A DNA stretch of 64,000 bases from Squalus acanthias (taxonomy: Eukaryota). Below the pieces are notes generated by a model. That model searched no databases. It was given only the letters and a program-made list of their open reading frames with translations, and had not been told where the DNA came from. Below are positions 50,894 to 62,962 of the stretch, one piece after another (the first letter of the stretch is position 1; each line of letters starts with the position of its first letter). Position numbers and translations under genes: made by a program. The stretch covers positions 10,726,001 through 10,790,000 of the forward strand of contig CM059430.1 of NCBI GenBank assembly GCA_030390025.1, in the 5' to 3' direction.

Positions 50894-51413
50894 AGTGTTC
50901 TCCAAGGCGGCCTTCGAGACACACGACAACGCAAAATCATCGAGCAGAAACTGATAGCCAAGTTCCGCACCCATGAGGACGGCCTCAACCGGGATCTTGG
51001 GTTCATGTCACGCTACATGACGTCGAGTCATCCAGACTCGAGTCGTCGTTGGCTTGTTCACAGATGTGATTTACAGTTTTAAAAAAAAGTAAAAAGCTTA
51101 ACCATACAGACTGCAGCATTTGACACGTTGGACCCCCTGTGACCCCACCTCATTGTCTTAGCTGTATTTTGCTGTGTCTTTGATGTAATGCCTTCCTGAC
51201 TGGCCTGATTGTCTCTCTGCCGAGGTGTGATGGAGGGCAGTCAGAAAGATTTACTGTAGTCGTCTGACATTGTACGCTACACATTGTTCTCTGTCTATAT
51301 ATGCTTTGCTGATTTGTATTCCTTCACTTTACCTGACGAAGGAGCAGCGCTCCGAAAGCTCGTGATTTCAAATAAAACTGTTGGACTATAACCTGGTGTT
51401 GTGCGACTTCTCA
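50894..51413 (+). mobile_element. Penelope-like element 3' fragment (GIY-YIG endonuclease C-terminus + pseudo-LTR)
   Basis: 50894-51016 translates SVLQGGLRDTRQRKIIEQKLIAKFRTHEDGLNRDLGFMSRY (conserved E and GLN); followed by a hammerhead motif, AATAAA and the LTR end. Confidence 0.8.
51329..51365 (+). ncRNA. Minimal hammerhead ribozyme motif in the Penelope pseudo-LTR
   Basis: TTAC-CTGACGA-A-GGAGC agc GCTCC-GAAA-GC-TC-GTGA; perfect 5-bp stem II. Confidence 0.75.
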
Positions 51414-52045
51414 TTCAGGTCATTTATATATAACAAGAAAAGCAATGGTCCTAATACTGACCCCTGGGTGACCCCACTGCATACTTCTCTCCAGTCAGAA
51501 AAACATCTGTACACCACTACTCTCTGCCTCCTATTACTTAGCCAATTACATACCCAAGTTACCACCGTCCCTTTAATAGCATGTGGTTCTATTTTCCGAA
51601 TAAGTCTGTTATGCAGTACTTTATCAAATGCCTTTTGAAAATCCAGATCTACAACATCTACTGCACTACCTTCATCAACCCTCTCTGTTACTTCATCAAA
51701 GAACTCAATCAGGTTAGTCAGACACAATTTGCCTTTAACAAATCCATGCTGGCTGTCCCTTATTAACCCATGCTTCTCCAAGTGCGAATTAATTTTGTTC
51801 TTGACAATGCTCTGTGGTAGTTTGCCCACCACTGACATGAGACTGATTGGCCTGCAGTTACCAGGTTTATCCCTCTCCCATTTTTTGAACAGGGGTGCAA
51901 CATTTGCAATCCTCCAGTCCTCTGGTACCACTCCAATATCCAAGGAGGAATGAAAGATTGTGGACAGAGCTTCTGCTATCTCCATCTTAGCTTCACTCAG
52001 CACCCCAGAATGCATCCCACCTGGACCGGGTAACTTGTTGACTTT
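51414..52045 (-). mobile_element. CR1 ORF2 RT-domain fragment
   Basis: PEDWRIANVAPLFKK, SQHGFVKG, LDFQKAFDKV, GVTQGSVLGPLLF. Confidence 0.9.
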
Positions 52046-52425
52046 GCCAACCTATTTAGCACCTCCTTTCTGCCTATGATCACTCTTTTTGGTTGATTTC
52101 AATCCCACCTTTCAATCTTATTCCTCTATCCTCCTATTTCACAAAGGGCATCAGTAGGTGTCTCTTGAACCCATTACATTATTTGCTTGAATGGCTTTCC
52201 CTGGTAACTTATTCTGTATTGAGACTATTGCTATTTCTATCTGGTCTGCCATTACTCTCTGTGAAAAGCAGGCCGGTAACAAATCCAGGGCATGAAAGCA
52301 ACATTCTACATATTGCGCCTGCTGCTACACAACAGTATCTCGCTGGCAACTGATGAAAACAAAGGCGCTCCACCTTTAGACATAGGCCAAGCCTCAGAAC
52401 CTGATCCCAACATTATTATACTATT

Positions 52426-54495
52426 ACAAAAGCAAAATACTGCGGATGTTGGAAATCTGAAATAAAAACAGAAAATGCTGGAAATACTCAGCGGGTCAGG
52501 CAGCATCTGTGGAGAAAGAAACAGAGTTAACGGGCTGGATTTTGCGGGGGGGGGGGGTTCAGCGGACGCAATCGGTGGCGGGTCGGATGGGAAAATGTTT
52601 TCTTTCCCCAGCGGCTCGGGACCTCGCTGTGAACCCACCACCACGTGCCTTTCCCCGATGTCGGGTCTGTCAGCGCTGAGCAGACCCGACATACAGCGGC
52701 GGGTTCACAGCGGGGGACCTAATTCAGGTAATTATTGGCTTGTTTAGAGCCACTTAAGAATGAATTTCAGCTCACCTTCTGCATTTGACAGCTCGTCCAC
52801 GGGGTCCACGCTGGTTGTGGACTCCGTCTGTCAAGCTGAGGCGGGAGTTCAGTGGCCATTGAATCAGCTGTTGAGGTGAGAGCTTCAAATGTACAGTAAA
52901 AGCTCCCACCTTACACAGATATCTTCCCTCAGCCACAAGCTCTTCCTCGCTGCATTTCCACAACAGATTCACCATGCTGCAAGTCTTTACACCAGTCTCC
53001 AGCCAGTCTGACCTCATTACCTTTCTCACCATTGACAGATCGCTTTAATCATCTCTACTTCACCTGCCATCTATTCCATCAGCGTGGGTGCCCTTTATAC
53101 TCTCTCACCTTGGTCCTCAGAATCCCACCATGATCAGCCCCAACACCAGCAGCACCAGGCACACCAGCAGCACCAACAACAACACCACCAACCTTCTCCG
53201 CAATCACCTGATGCTGCACAGGACAGAGGGCATCAGCACCCGAACACATTGCTGTCCAGGAGGCCAGGGATGGCCTCACCATGGCCAGATTTACTTCACT
53301 TGACACAGTACACCCTGGCTGCCACATGATGTGCCAAGTTGGCACCACCCCACACCAACACTAAATGCTGGCCTTGCCAGCGACGCCCACATCCCATAAA
53401 AAAAACGAATTAAAAAAAACACCATAAAGCTTCCCTACAATGCCCAAGCCATTCCTTTCACACTCATCACCATTGTGGGGGGTACCGTTATGTCTCACCA
53501 TTCACTGCAACTCACTAAGCCACTTCCAAAGGTGCACACACATCTGTCCAAGAACACAAAGTGTTGAAAATAAAGGTTTCAATGTTTGACACCACATCAA
53601 CAGAAACTTTACATGAACATTGCATAAAACACCCAAGTGCCTAACCTTGTGTGTTGTTAATTGGTATGATTGCACTAGGATGAGGGTGAGTGTGAGGGGT
53701 GGCTAGTGTGATGGGGAAGTGATAATGTAGATAGAGATGGATGGATGGAGGTGCAAGGTAAGTTGGTGTGAGTAAGGACATGCAGGAGTAGGGTAGCGAA
53801 GGCAGAGTGATGCGCATGTGATGAGAGGCACAGCAGGATGAGGTTGAGTGTGGCTTTGTACTAACGTTTCGTGATCTACTGAGATCCTTGAAACATTTGC
53901 GGCACTGACCACATCCCTGCTTGTGCCCTCCTCTGCAATGTGCAACCAGGCTGTGTTGATCTCTTGGGGAGGTCTCTTCCACCCATGAGAAGGGAAGAGG
54001 ACCTCCCTGCGTGCTGTGACTCCCTCCACAAGCACCTCTGTGCAGTGCTTGTCAGTGTTTGCAGCACCTCAATGCTGTAGAACACTGGCAGCGCAAATGT
54101 CAAAATTAATTTGGCCATGGTCCCTTTAAGGAAACCGGCTGATGACGCGACATCAAATGACATCACCAGACCTGCTCCCTCTAATTGGCCGGGAAACGCG
54201 CTGGGCGAGCTTAACAAGCCCACTTAAGGTAAACTCATTTCAGAGGCCGGGATGGAGCCAGCAGCGGGGTCAAGACCCTCCTCCGAGGTCGCATGCCACA
54301 GACCCGCTGAGGTTAGTGAAATCACGGCCAACGTTTCAGGTCAATTAACTTTCATCAGAACTGGAAAAAAATTAGAGATGTAACAGATTTTAAGGAAGTG
54401 CAGAGGCAGGGGAACAGGGGCGGGGAGGAAAGAACAAAAGGGAAGGTCTGTGATAGGGTGGAAGGCAGGAGTGAGTAAATGACAAAAGGGATGAT
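52426..54495 (-). mobile_element. Penelope-derived repeat interrupted by a Harbinger derivative
   Basis: Arm at 52426-52531 resumes at 54330 (AACGTTTCAGGTC...TCAGAACTGG). Confidence 0.75.
52532..54329. mobile_element. Internally deleted Harbinger derivative with TSD AAC
   Basis: TIRs GGGCTGGATTT / AAATCACGGCC; TSD AAC at 52529-52531 and 54330-54332; Myb remnant on - at about 53860-54035 (QCRKCFKDL). Confidence 0.85.
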
Positions 54496-57400
54496 TGCTG
54501 GGTGGCTATGCCAGGGCCTGTAGATATGGTTGATGGCATAATGGAAAGGCGTGTGCAGTCCTGTTTCAGCTCCTGCTGATCGCCTTGATTCTTTTCATCT
54601 TACACTATTTCAACAATGACTTCATAACAAACCCCCATCACTAACTTTATTTGACCTGTTGACCACTAAGGGACTCTTCACTAAGATGTGGTATTGCTCC
54701 CTGAGCTCCCGTGAAAGTTTCTCCAGCACAAGTTCCTTTTTCATGAACCCACTTTTCTTAGCTCTTCCTACTTCACTGAAGTCTTATAAATGCTTCAATT
54801 ATATTTGTCATTCCGGGGAATTAGCAGACAAGACTTGGCTATTTTAGGTTCCAGACAAACATTGCATGCTGTTAGGAGAAAGGAAAAAACATTCTCCGAA
54901 ATGTTTTCCTTTTTAAAAAAAATTATTTTTTTTTAAATAAAAATACAAACAAAAATTAATAGCTGGAGCCAGTCCTAATGCACTCTATAAAAAGGCGGAA
55001 AAGCTCCTGATCCTTTTAATAACTCCAGATGGGAACAGGGAGTGCTCAGCTCCATTTTGTTCTAAGCCTATGAAAATCACATTAGGCTTTAATTCAATGT
55101 ATTATAATATTTAAATAAAGCCCTGGCTTCTTTTTGATTGAGACTACTTTCGGCCAGTTTAAAATGTGTACTGGAAGATCCTGGTTGTCACGAAAGTTGT
55201 GTAGGTCTCGATATGTGGAACTGAGCTAATATTTGAGGTCTTCCAATGTCTGTTCTGCTCTTGCAACCTGGCCTTAAGGGCAGGAAATAAACCCCCATTG
55301 TCCGTTTCATATAGAATTATTCATCACAGCTGATTTATACTGAATAAAACACTGCCTTTCCTAAACACACACACAGACAGCTCCTGAGTTGGAGTGCTAG
55401 GCCCAAAATTCCTGGCGGTTCACTATTGCCCCGGTATGCACGACTGCCAAAGGCCAATTTCACCCCCAAAAGCCTCGTGTCTCTAATACACTTTTTTTTT
55501 GAGCATCTCACATGCATTCTATGATTTTATGTGTTCGCTGCAGCATTGACTGTTCTGGAGTGTCTCCCAGATGCAGAGGAAAACCCGGCTTAAGGTTGTG
55601 TCTGAGCAGAAGCAACAGCCCGTTCACTGATCCAGGTACGAGCCCTCAGCAGACTTCAGGCACCTGAATTTCTTGTGGTCCCACCATATCGGCAGAGGTG
55701 TATCCGGGTGGGACTTCCACCTACCTGTTCCTTGCGCCTCTGACCCCCGCGCACTGCCCAGAGTCAGGAGCGTTTCGTTATATTTGATATAAATTCTATT
55801 TATTTTAAATTTATCTTTGGCAAAGAGTTGTACCTGCCAAGAGGCTGACTCCCGGGACAGGGTACTCAGTGACAGGTCGATGTAACCTTCTCTACAACCG
55901 GTTTTTCCCTCTTTTTCTTGCCACAAATCCACTTCCCGGCTTGGTCCTGGATCTTTCGAGTGGATCAAATGAAGTCTTTTGTTATATCCTTAGGCGTTCT
56001 GAGCCATGAAGGAGAACTGGTTGGACGCATGTCGCCTACACCACGAGCTTAACCTTTATTGGGACTTTGCTGGAATAGAAGAAACTCAACAAAGACCAAA
56101 GCTCCCTTCACCACCCCTTCTTGGTGTACTCCTGATGGACTACTTCCAGGTAGAGTTGGCATCCACCATGACCCCAGGCACCAATATGACTGACCAGGAA
56201 TAGAACCTAAGAGCAGGAGTAGAAACAAGTATCTTCTGGTCGGTATGGCTTTCATACCCATGCTTATCTCAGCCAGCAGAGCAGAGGAATCGTACAATTG
56301 GCCTCAGTGCCCTGGACGAGAGAGGAGGAAAAAGTGAATGTTAGGTGAGAACCGGATTGAACTCAACGGTGATGCCTTCCACAACTGAACAGCCTCCTAG
56401 CAAACGCTATTTAGGCTTTCACATAAAGAATAGCTACTTGGGCGAGGCACTGAAGAGCTTTTGGCATTGCAGAACTGTACCGCAATTAGAGTCAGCCCTT
56501 TCAGCGGAGAAACTGGGAATTAAAACAAAAAGGATATACTGTGTGCTAGGTCTAGCATTGCAAGAGGCCCTGCCTTCTAGAGTTTGCATCTTGCCTGAAC
56601 CACAGAGGAGCTAAAGCCAGCCCTAGCCTTTTACCTCATCCCGTATGATTGATTGCGTGCTTTTGTTTTCTGCCTATGGACAGCGCTCTGCGGTTCTTGG
56701 TGATGGTTGTGGGATCTCTCAGGAAAAGAGTCTCATGAGGCCCAAGCAGAAAAATCACGAGGCAAAGGAAAGTAATCCTCTTCTGAGGGAAACATTTCTG
56801 CTTCCTATTTTGAAGAGAATAGCTAATTCCCTACAGAAGAAAATATTAAAATTCATCGGTTCATCCCTGTTGTATGTAAATAAAATTTAAGTCATTGTTG
56901 TAATTCAAGTAAAGTAGCTAATGCTTTTTTTCACCTAATTTGGCCGAACACTTTTATTTCCCTCTACTCAGTAACACAGCATAGCATGGCTTCCTGTATA
57001 ACACATTAAGCTTGACAGATTCCACTTGAAGCAATTCCATTTGCAGTCATTTCTTGTTAATTTTTCTTCACTCATAGTTTGATTTGCACGCATCCTGTGG
57101 CATGAAAAGGCTACTTGATTGAAAATGTGTTTTAACTGGCTACTTCTTGCCTCCTGTTTCCTATTGTTTCCTTTGTGGCCTGAGACCCACACTCTTCTAC
57201 CTTTCAGCCCTGCTGTCAGAGTCGATTTGTATGGGCTATTGTTTGCCACTGAGGCAAGAATCAAGGTGGCAGTGCGAGCGAGATTGTTTTCTGGTTAAGG
57301 TGTCTATCAACGGTGTCCTGGGTCATTGCTTCTAGTGCAATGTTTACCTAATGATTCTTGCCACTTCCCCTTTCTTTGTTGCTCAAGCACTTTGTTCTTT

Positions 57401-57684
57401 ATCATGGCAAATTAATGATGATTTAAAGAACTGAAATTACAGCCAAACCCTGATAAGATTACCTTCAATCCTCAACAGTTCAACATTTCCTGTCAGAGCA
57501 CGTGGATTTGAAAACAAAAAGAGCATATTTTTAAGCTAGGTAGGTTTAAAAGGTATCCACAAAGGCCTAACTTTGTGAACCAGATTTGGCATTACACTGG
57601 ATTTACTCAATACAGTGGCAACCTGAAATGGTGTGAGACTTTCCCCTCCAGCTCCTCACTCAGGAGTCAGATCGGGTCCTGACT

Positions 57685-58212
57685 GAAATATCCTCTCCAT
57701 CACAAAGGCTGCCTCATTCCACTTTTGTAAGATCACCCGCCTCCGAATCTGCCTGAGCCCATCTACTGCTGAAACTCACATCCATGCCTTTGTCACCTTC
57801 AGACTCAACTATCCTCCACCCTCCATAATCCTCAGCTCATCTAAGACTCTGCTGATTGTATACTGTCCCACACCAAGTCCCGCTCACCATCACCTCCCCA
57901 CCCCCCACCCCCTGTCCCCCAACGCCCCCCATCCTCAGTATCTTCTGGTTCTCAAACGCCTCCATTTTAAAATTCTCATCCTCGCATTTATATTCCTTCA
58001 TGGTCTTATCTCGGTAACCTCCTCCAGCCTTACAACCTCCCCCTCTCCCCCCCCCCTTCGAGAACTCTGTCTTCCTCTGACCCCGAAGTGCATTTCCCCA
58101 CCATTGGCAGCAGTGCTTTCAGCCGTCTCGGCCCAATTCATTCCTTAAACCTCTCTGCCTCTCCACCTCCCTCTCCTTCTTTAAGGCCCACCTTAAAACC
58201 TACCTCTTTGAC
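57685..58212 (+). mobile_element. Decayed L2 LINE fragment
   Basis: AETHIHAFVTFRLNY and GSSAFSRLGP...LKTYLF-like text. Confidence 0.7.
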
Positions 58213-59001
58213 CTGGGCCCGGGAAACCCATCCGGCCAGTGTTAAAGCAGGGCGTTGTGAAGTCTTCTTGCATGGATAGAGTGGCCAACTCCGTGGAGCA
58301 TCAAACGCGGCAATCAAATGAGTCCATGAACTCGTGGACCACGGCCATGCACGCTCTGGATGCCAACAGGACTGCCGCCTTAAATAGGATGACAGATACC
58401 TGAGCCTTGGCCTTACAGCCCCACAATGATCTGCACCAAAGTGCTCTCCAGCAGAAGTGCAGCTGGCCCATGAGAGGGATGATGGTGAAAGGGGACAATG
58501 GAAGTGGGGACTCCACTCAAAGCACTTCCACTTCTCACCCGTTGCCCCCTCTTCAGTTAGTACCCAATATGCTGCCTCGTGTCCCGATTGCCGAGTCTGG
58601 CCCTGCACAGGTTCCGGCGGAGCAGTCTTTGGCGGGGCCCTGACGGATCCAAAACCCAGAGGTCATCGGCCAAGAGTATCTCATCAGTCAGAGCGGGGTT
58701 CTGAGCAGCCACAGGTTTTGCACCACGTAGGTGCGGTAGGAAAAGGAAGAATAAAGCTTTGTAGTTGCACAAGGGTATGCACATGGGTGTATGAGAAAAT
58801 GTTATGTTGTAAAGTTTCCATTCTTTAGTAGAAACACATAAATTTTATTAGTTTGCACCACTTTCCAGTCTTGCCCATTCTTGGGTGCTGGGTGGCAAGT
58901 CATCTTTTAACTTGCTTGATGATGAATGGGAAGGCGTGAATTGATGGGGTCCATTAGGGGGAGGTGCAAGGGGTGGTTGGTTGTTGCAGGACTGTTTTCT
59001 G

Positions 59002-60090
59002 TCAGTGGCATTGGGTGGGTGAGAAGAGTGGCCATTGCATGTGGTTCTGACATCGGTCCACTGGTGCAACCTGAGTGAACCTTGCATTAATAAAGGCATC
59101 CCTGGCAGCAATGTGAGCAGCTGGTGCTGCATTGCCCTCGTCACCTTCCTCCTCCTCGGAATCATCCGCAGACGTTCTGCGATCTGCGCCTTGTTCCTCC
59201 TGTAGGTCCAAACCTTGCTGCTGCGCAATGTTGTGCAGAGCGCAGCACACGACAACCATTCTGGAGACCCTGGCTGCTGTGTACTAAAGGGCGCCTCCAG
59301 ATCTGCCTAGGCACCTGAAGCGCAACTTCAGCATGCCGATGGCTTGCTCGATCATACATCTGGTGATCATATGGCATTCAGTGTAGCACTGTTGGGCTTC
59401 ATTGGTTGGGTTTATGACGGGGGTCATCAACCAAGTTTGAAATGGGTATCGCTTGTCTCCTAGCACCCACCCATTAAATGCGCTTGCAGGTTCAAAGAGT
59501 TTGGAGGGCTTGAACTGCTGCAAGACGAAAGCATCATGGCAGCTCCCCGGGAATCTTGCATACACCTGCAGAAATACCTTTCTATGATTGCACACCAGCT
59601 GCACTGGAAGCCCTTGCTGTTGACGAATACTCCTGGTTGATCTGGGGGTGCCCGGATTGCCACGTGTGTGCAGTCGGTGACACCCTGCACCTGTGGGAAG
59701 CCAGCTAGAGATGCAAACCCGAGCGGCCACTAATTCCGACTGGCGTCATCGCAGGTGAAGTTCGCATAATTGCTGGCACTGTCAAACGAGCCATCAGTCA
59801 CCTGTTTCATGCATTTGTGGGCCGCCGACGGGGAGATCCTGGATATTTCTCCGGCAGAACCCTGGAAGGATCTGGAGGCAAAACTGTTGAGGGCAGTGGT
59901 CACTTTGACAGTCACTGGTAACACGTGACCAACGGGTCCGGCAGTGGGCAGGTCTTCTTCTAGGAAGCTGCCGATATCTACCACCACCTACGCGACAACG
60001 TGAGCCTCTTGGAGCACTGCTGTTCAGACATGTCAAGGAAGCTCAGCCTCTGCCTGTACACCTTGTGTCGTGGGTAGTGCCTCCTGCAAG
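59002..60090 (-). pseudogene. Harbinger transposase pseudogene (multiple frameshifts)
   Basis: [72 protein letters not shown] spread over several frames. Confidence 0.88.
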
Positions 60091-60095
60091 CTGCA

Positions 60096-61859
60096 CCCCT
60101 CTCTGCTCCCTCTCTGCTGCTCCACCTCTCTGCTGCTCCCCTCTCTGCTGCTCCCCTCTCTGCTGCTCCCTCTCTGCTGCTCCACTCTCTGCTGCTCCCC
60201 TCGCTGCTGCTCCCCTCTCTGCTGCTCCCCTCTCTGCTGCTCCCTCTCTGCTGCACCTTCTCTGCTGCTCCCTCTCTGCTGCTCCACTCTCTGCTGCTCC
60301 CTCTCTGCTGCACCCTCTCTGCTGCTCCCTCTCTGCTGCTCCCCTCTCTGCTGCTCCACTCTCTGCTGCTCCCTCTCTGCTGCTCCACTCTCTGCTGCTC
60401 CCTCTCTGCTGCACCCTCTCTGCTGCTCCCTCTCTGCTGCTGCACTCTCTGCTGCACCCCTCTCTGCTCCCTCTCTGCTGCTCCACCTCTCTGCTGCTCC
60501 CCTCTCTGCAACACGGTGGCATAGTGGTTAGCACTGGTGCCTCACAGCGCCAGAGACCCGGGTTCGAATCTGACCTCGGGTGACTGTCTGTGTGGAGTTT
60601 GCACATTCTCCCCGTGTCTGCGTGGGTTTCCTCCGGGTGCTCCGGTTTCCTCCCACAGTCCAAAAATGTGTGGGTTAGGTTGATTTGGCTATGATAAATT
60701 GACCCTTAGTGTTAGGGGGGATTAAATATGTGGGGTTATGGGGATAGGATGGGATATGTTAGGGGGAATTAAATACGTGGGGTTACGGGGGTAGGGTGGG
60801 ATATGTGTACTGTGGGGATTAAAGCAGGGACAGGGTACTGGATTTGGATGATCAGCCATGATCGTATTGAATGGCGGAGCAGGCTCGACGGGCCGAATGG
60901 CCTACTCCTGCTCCTAGATAGATTCTATGCTGCTCCCCTCTCTGCTCCACCTCTCTACTGCTCCACTCTCTGCTCCACCTCTCTGCTGCTCCACTCTCTG
61001 CTGCTGCCCTCTCTGCTCTTCTCTCTGCTGCTCCCCTCTCTGCTGCTCCCCTCTCTGCTGCTCCCCTCTCTGCCGCTCCCCTCTCTGCCACTCCCCTCTC
61101 TGCCGCTCCCCTCTCTGCCGCTCCCCTCTCTGCCGCTCCCCTCTCTGCTGGTCCCCTCTCTGCCGCTCCCCTCTCTGCCGCTCCCCTCTCTGCTCCCCTC
61201 CCTGCTGCTCCCTCTCTGCCGCTCCCCTCTCTGCCGCTCCCCTCTCTGCTGGTCCCCTCTCTGCCGCTCCCCTCTCTGCCGCTCCCCTCTCTGCTCCCCT
61301 CCCTGCTGCTCCCTCTCTGCCGCTCCCCTCTCTGCTCCACCTCTCTGCTGCTGCCCTCTCTGCTGCTCCCCTCTCTGGTGCTCCCCTCTCTGCTGCTCCC
61401 TCTCTGCTGCTCCCCTCTCTGGTGCTCCCCTCTCTGCTGCTCCCTCTCTGCTGCTCCCTCTCTGCTGCTCCCCTCTCTGCTCCTCTCTCTGCTGCTCCTC
61501 TCTCTGCTGCTCCCCTCTCTGCTGCTCCACTCTCTGCTGCTCCCTCTCTGCTCCCCTCTCTGCTGCTCCCCTCTCTGCTGCTCCCCTCTCTGCTCCCCTC
61601 CCTGCTGCTCCCCTCTCTGCTCCCCTCTCTGCTGCTCCCCTCTCTGCTGCTCCCCTCTCTGCTCCCCTCTCTGCTGCTCCCCTCTCTGCTGCTCCCCTCT
61701 CTGCTGCTCCACTCTCTGCTGCTCCCTCTCTGCTCCCCTCTCTGCTGCTCCCCTCTCTGCTGCTCCCCTCTCTGCTCCCCTCTCTGCTGCTCCCCTCTCT
61801 GCTCCCCTCTCTGCTGCTCCCCTCTCTGCTGCTCCCCTCTCTGCTGCTCCTCTCTGCTG
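60096..61859. repeat. Minisatellite, 11-15 bp unit (CTCTCTGCTGCTCCC variants), two blocks at 60096-60508 and 60928-61859
   Basis: Seen directly. Confidence 0.95.
60511..60925 (+). mobile_element. HE1-like V-SINE
   Basis: tRNA head (TGGCATAGTGG, GGTTCGAATC), V domain TGTGTGGAGTTTGCACATTCTCCCCGTGTCTGCGTGGGTTTCCTCCGG, CR1/HER1-type tail. Confidence 0.88.
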
Positions 61860-62524
61860 TCCAGCTACAGGTCTCTCAACAGCAGGCTGCTGCTGCTGGT
61901 CATCCAATCTAAGGCAGCCAAGGCGCCACCCATCCTGATGTGACTCAGAAAACCTCAAAAGTGTAGAAAGCAAACACTCAGCAAAAGTACTGTGAACAAA
62001 CCCTTTCCCACTAGTAGACAAGAAAGCTGCTGTGAGTGCTGAGTATTTATTGCAGTGTTTCCTTGAGTTTTAATCAGCCCCCTCAATTGCCGTTGTGTTC
62101 TGGCCTTTCATTGAGTTTCAGGAATCTCGGAAAACCCGTGGATGCGACGTTAAACTTAAAACTGTGTTGAAATATCGCTCTAATTGAGTGATTAGCATAT
62201 GTTAATAGGCAACCCGCCTCTTCCGAGCGGGTTGCGCGCAACCAGCCTAACACGCTCGAGTTAAACACGGAAGTTGGCGGGTTGAAGTCGGTTTCCCGAC
62301 ACGCTCGCATTTTTGCTGGATTTAACCCCCACCCGCACCCAAACCCACGCGCTCCTCCAGGTTAAAAAATTTAAATAAAGGACCCGCCTCCTGAGAGCAG
62401 GTTGGTCGCCTGCCTCCCCATCCCCCGTCCCATTCCGTCTCCATTAAAACCGGAAGTGGGCTGGTTCGAGGCAGGTTGGGTTCAGGTTTGAAACTTCTAA
62501 AATTTTAACTTCCCACCCGAACCA

Positions 62525-62962
62525 AACATAGAAACATAGAAGATAGGAGCAGGAGTGGGCCATTCGGCCCCTCGAGCCTGTTCCACCATTTAATGAGATC
62601 ATGGCTGATCATCCAAATTCAGTACCCTGTCCCTGCTTTCTCCCCATATCCCTTGATCCCTTTAGCCTTAAGAAATATATCTAACTCCTTCTTGAATATA
62701 TTTAATGAATTGGCCTCAACTGCCTTCTGTGGTAGAGAATTCCACAGGTTCACCACTCTCTGGGTGAAGAAATTCCTCCTCATCTCAGTCCTAAATGGCT
62801 TACCCCTTATCCTTAGACTGTGACCCCTGGTTCTGGACTCCCCAACCATCGGGAACATCCTTCCTGCATCTAGTCTGTCTAGTCCTGTTAGAATTTTATA
62901 AGTTTCAATGAGATCCCCTCTCATTCTTCTAAACTCTAGCGAATATAAGCCTAATCGACCCA
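62525..62962 (-). mobile_element. CR1 LINE 3' fragment
   Basis: ORF 62619-62963 RLGLYSLEFRRMRGDLIETYKIL...; AAACATAG tail repeat. Confidence 0.9.

Noticed and set aside
60511-60585. tRNA gene-like A/B boxes (also at 29895-29970)
   Set aside because: These are SINE heads followed by V or Deu domains and LINE-derived tails; no complete cloverleaf.
59978-62021. Long ORFs (150-389 aa) resembling keratin-associated, Cys-rich or Gln/Arg-rich proteins
   Set aside because: They are translations of a stop-free minisatellite in several frames on both strands, not genes.
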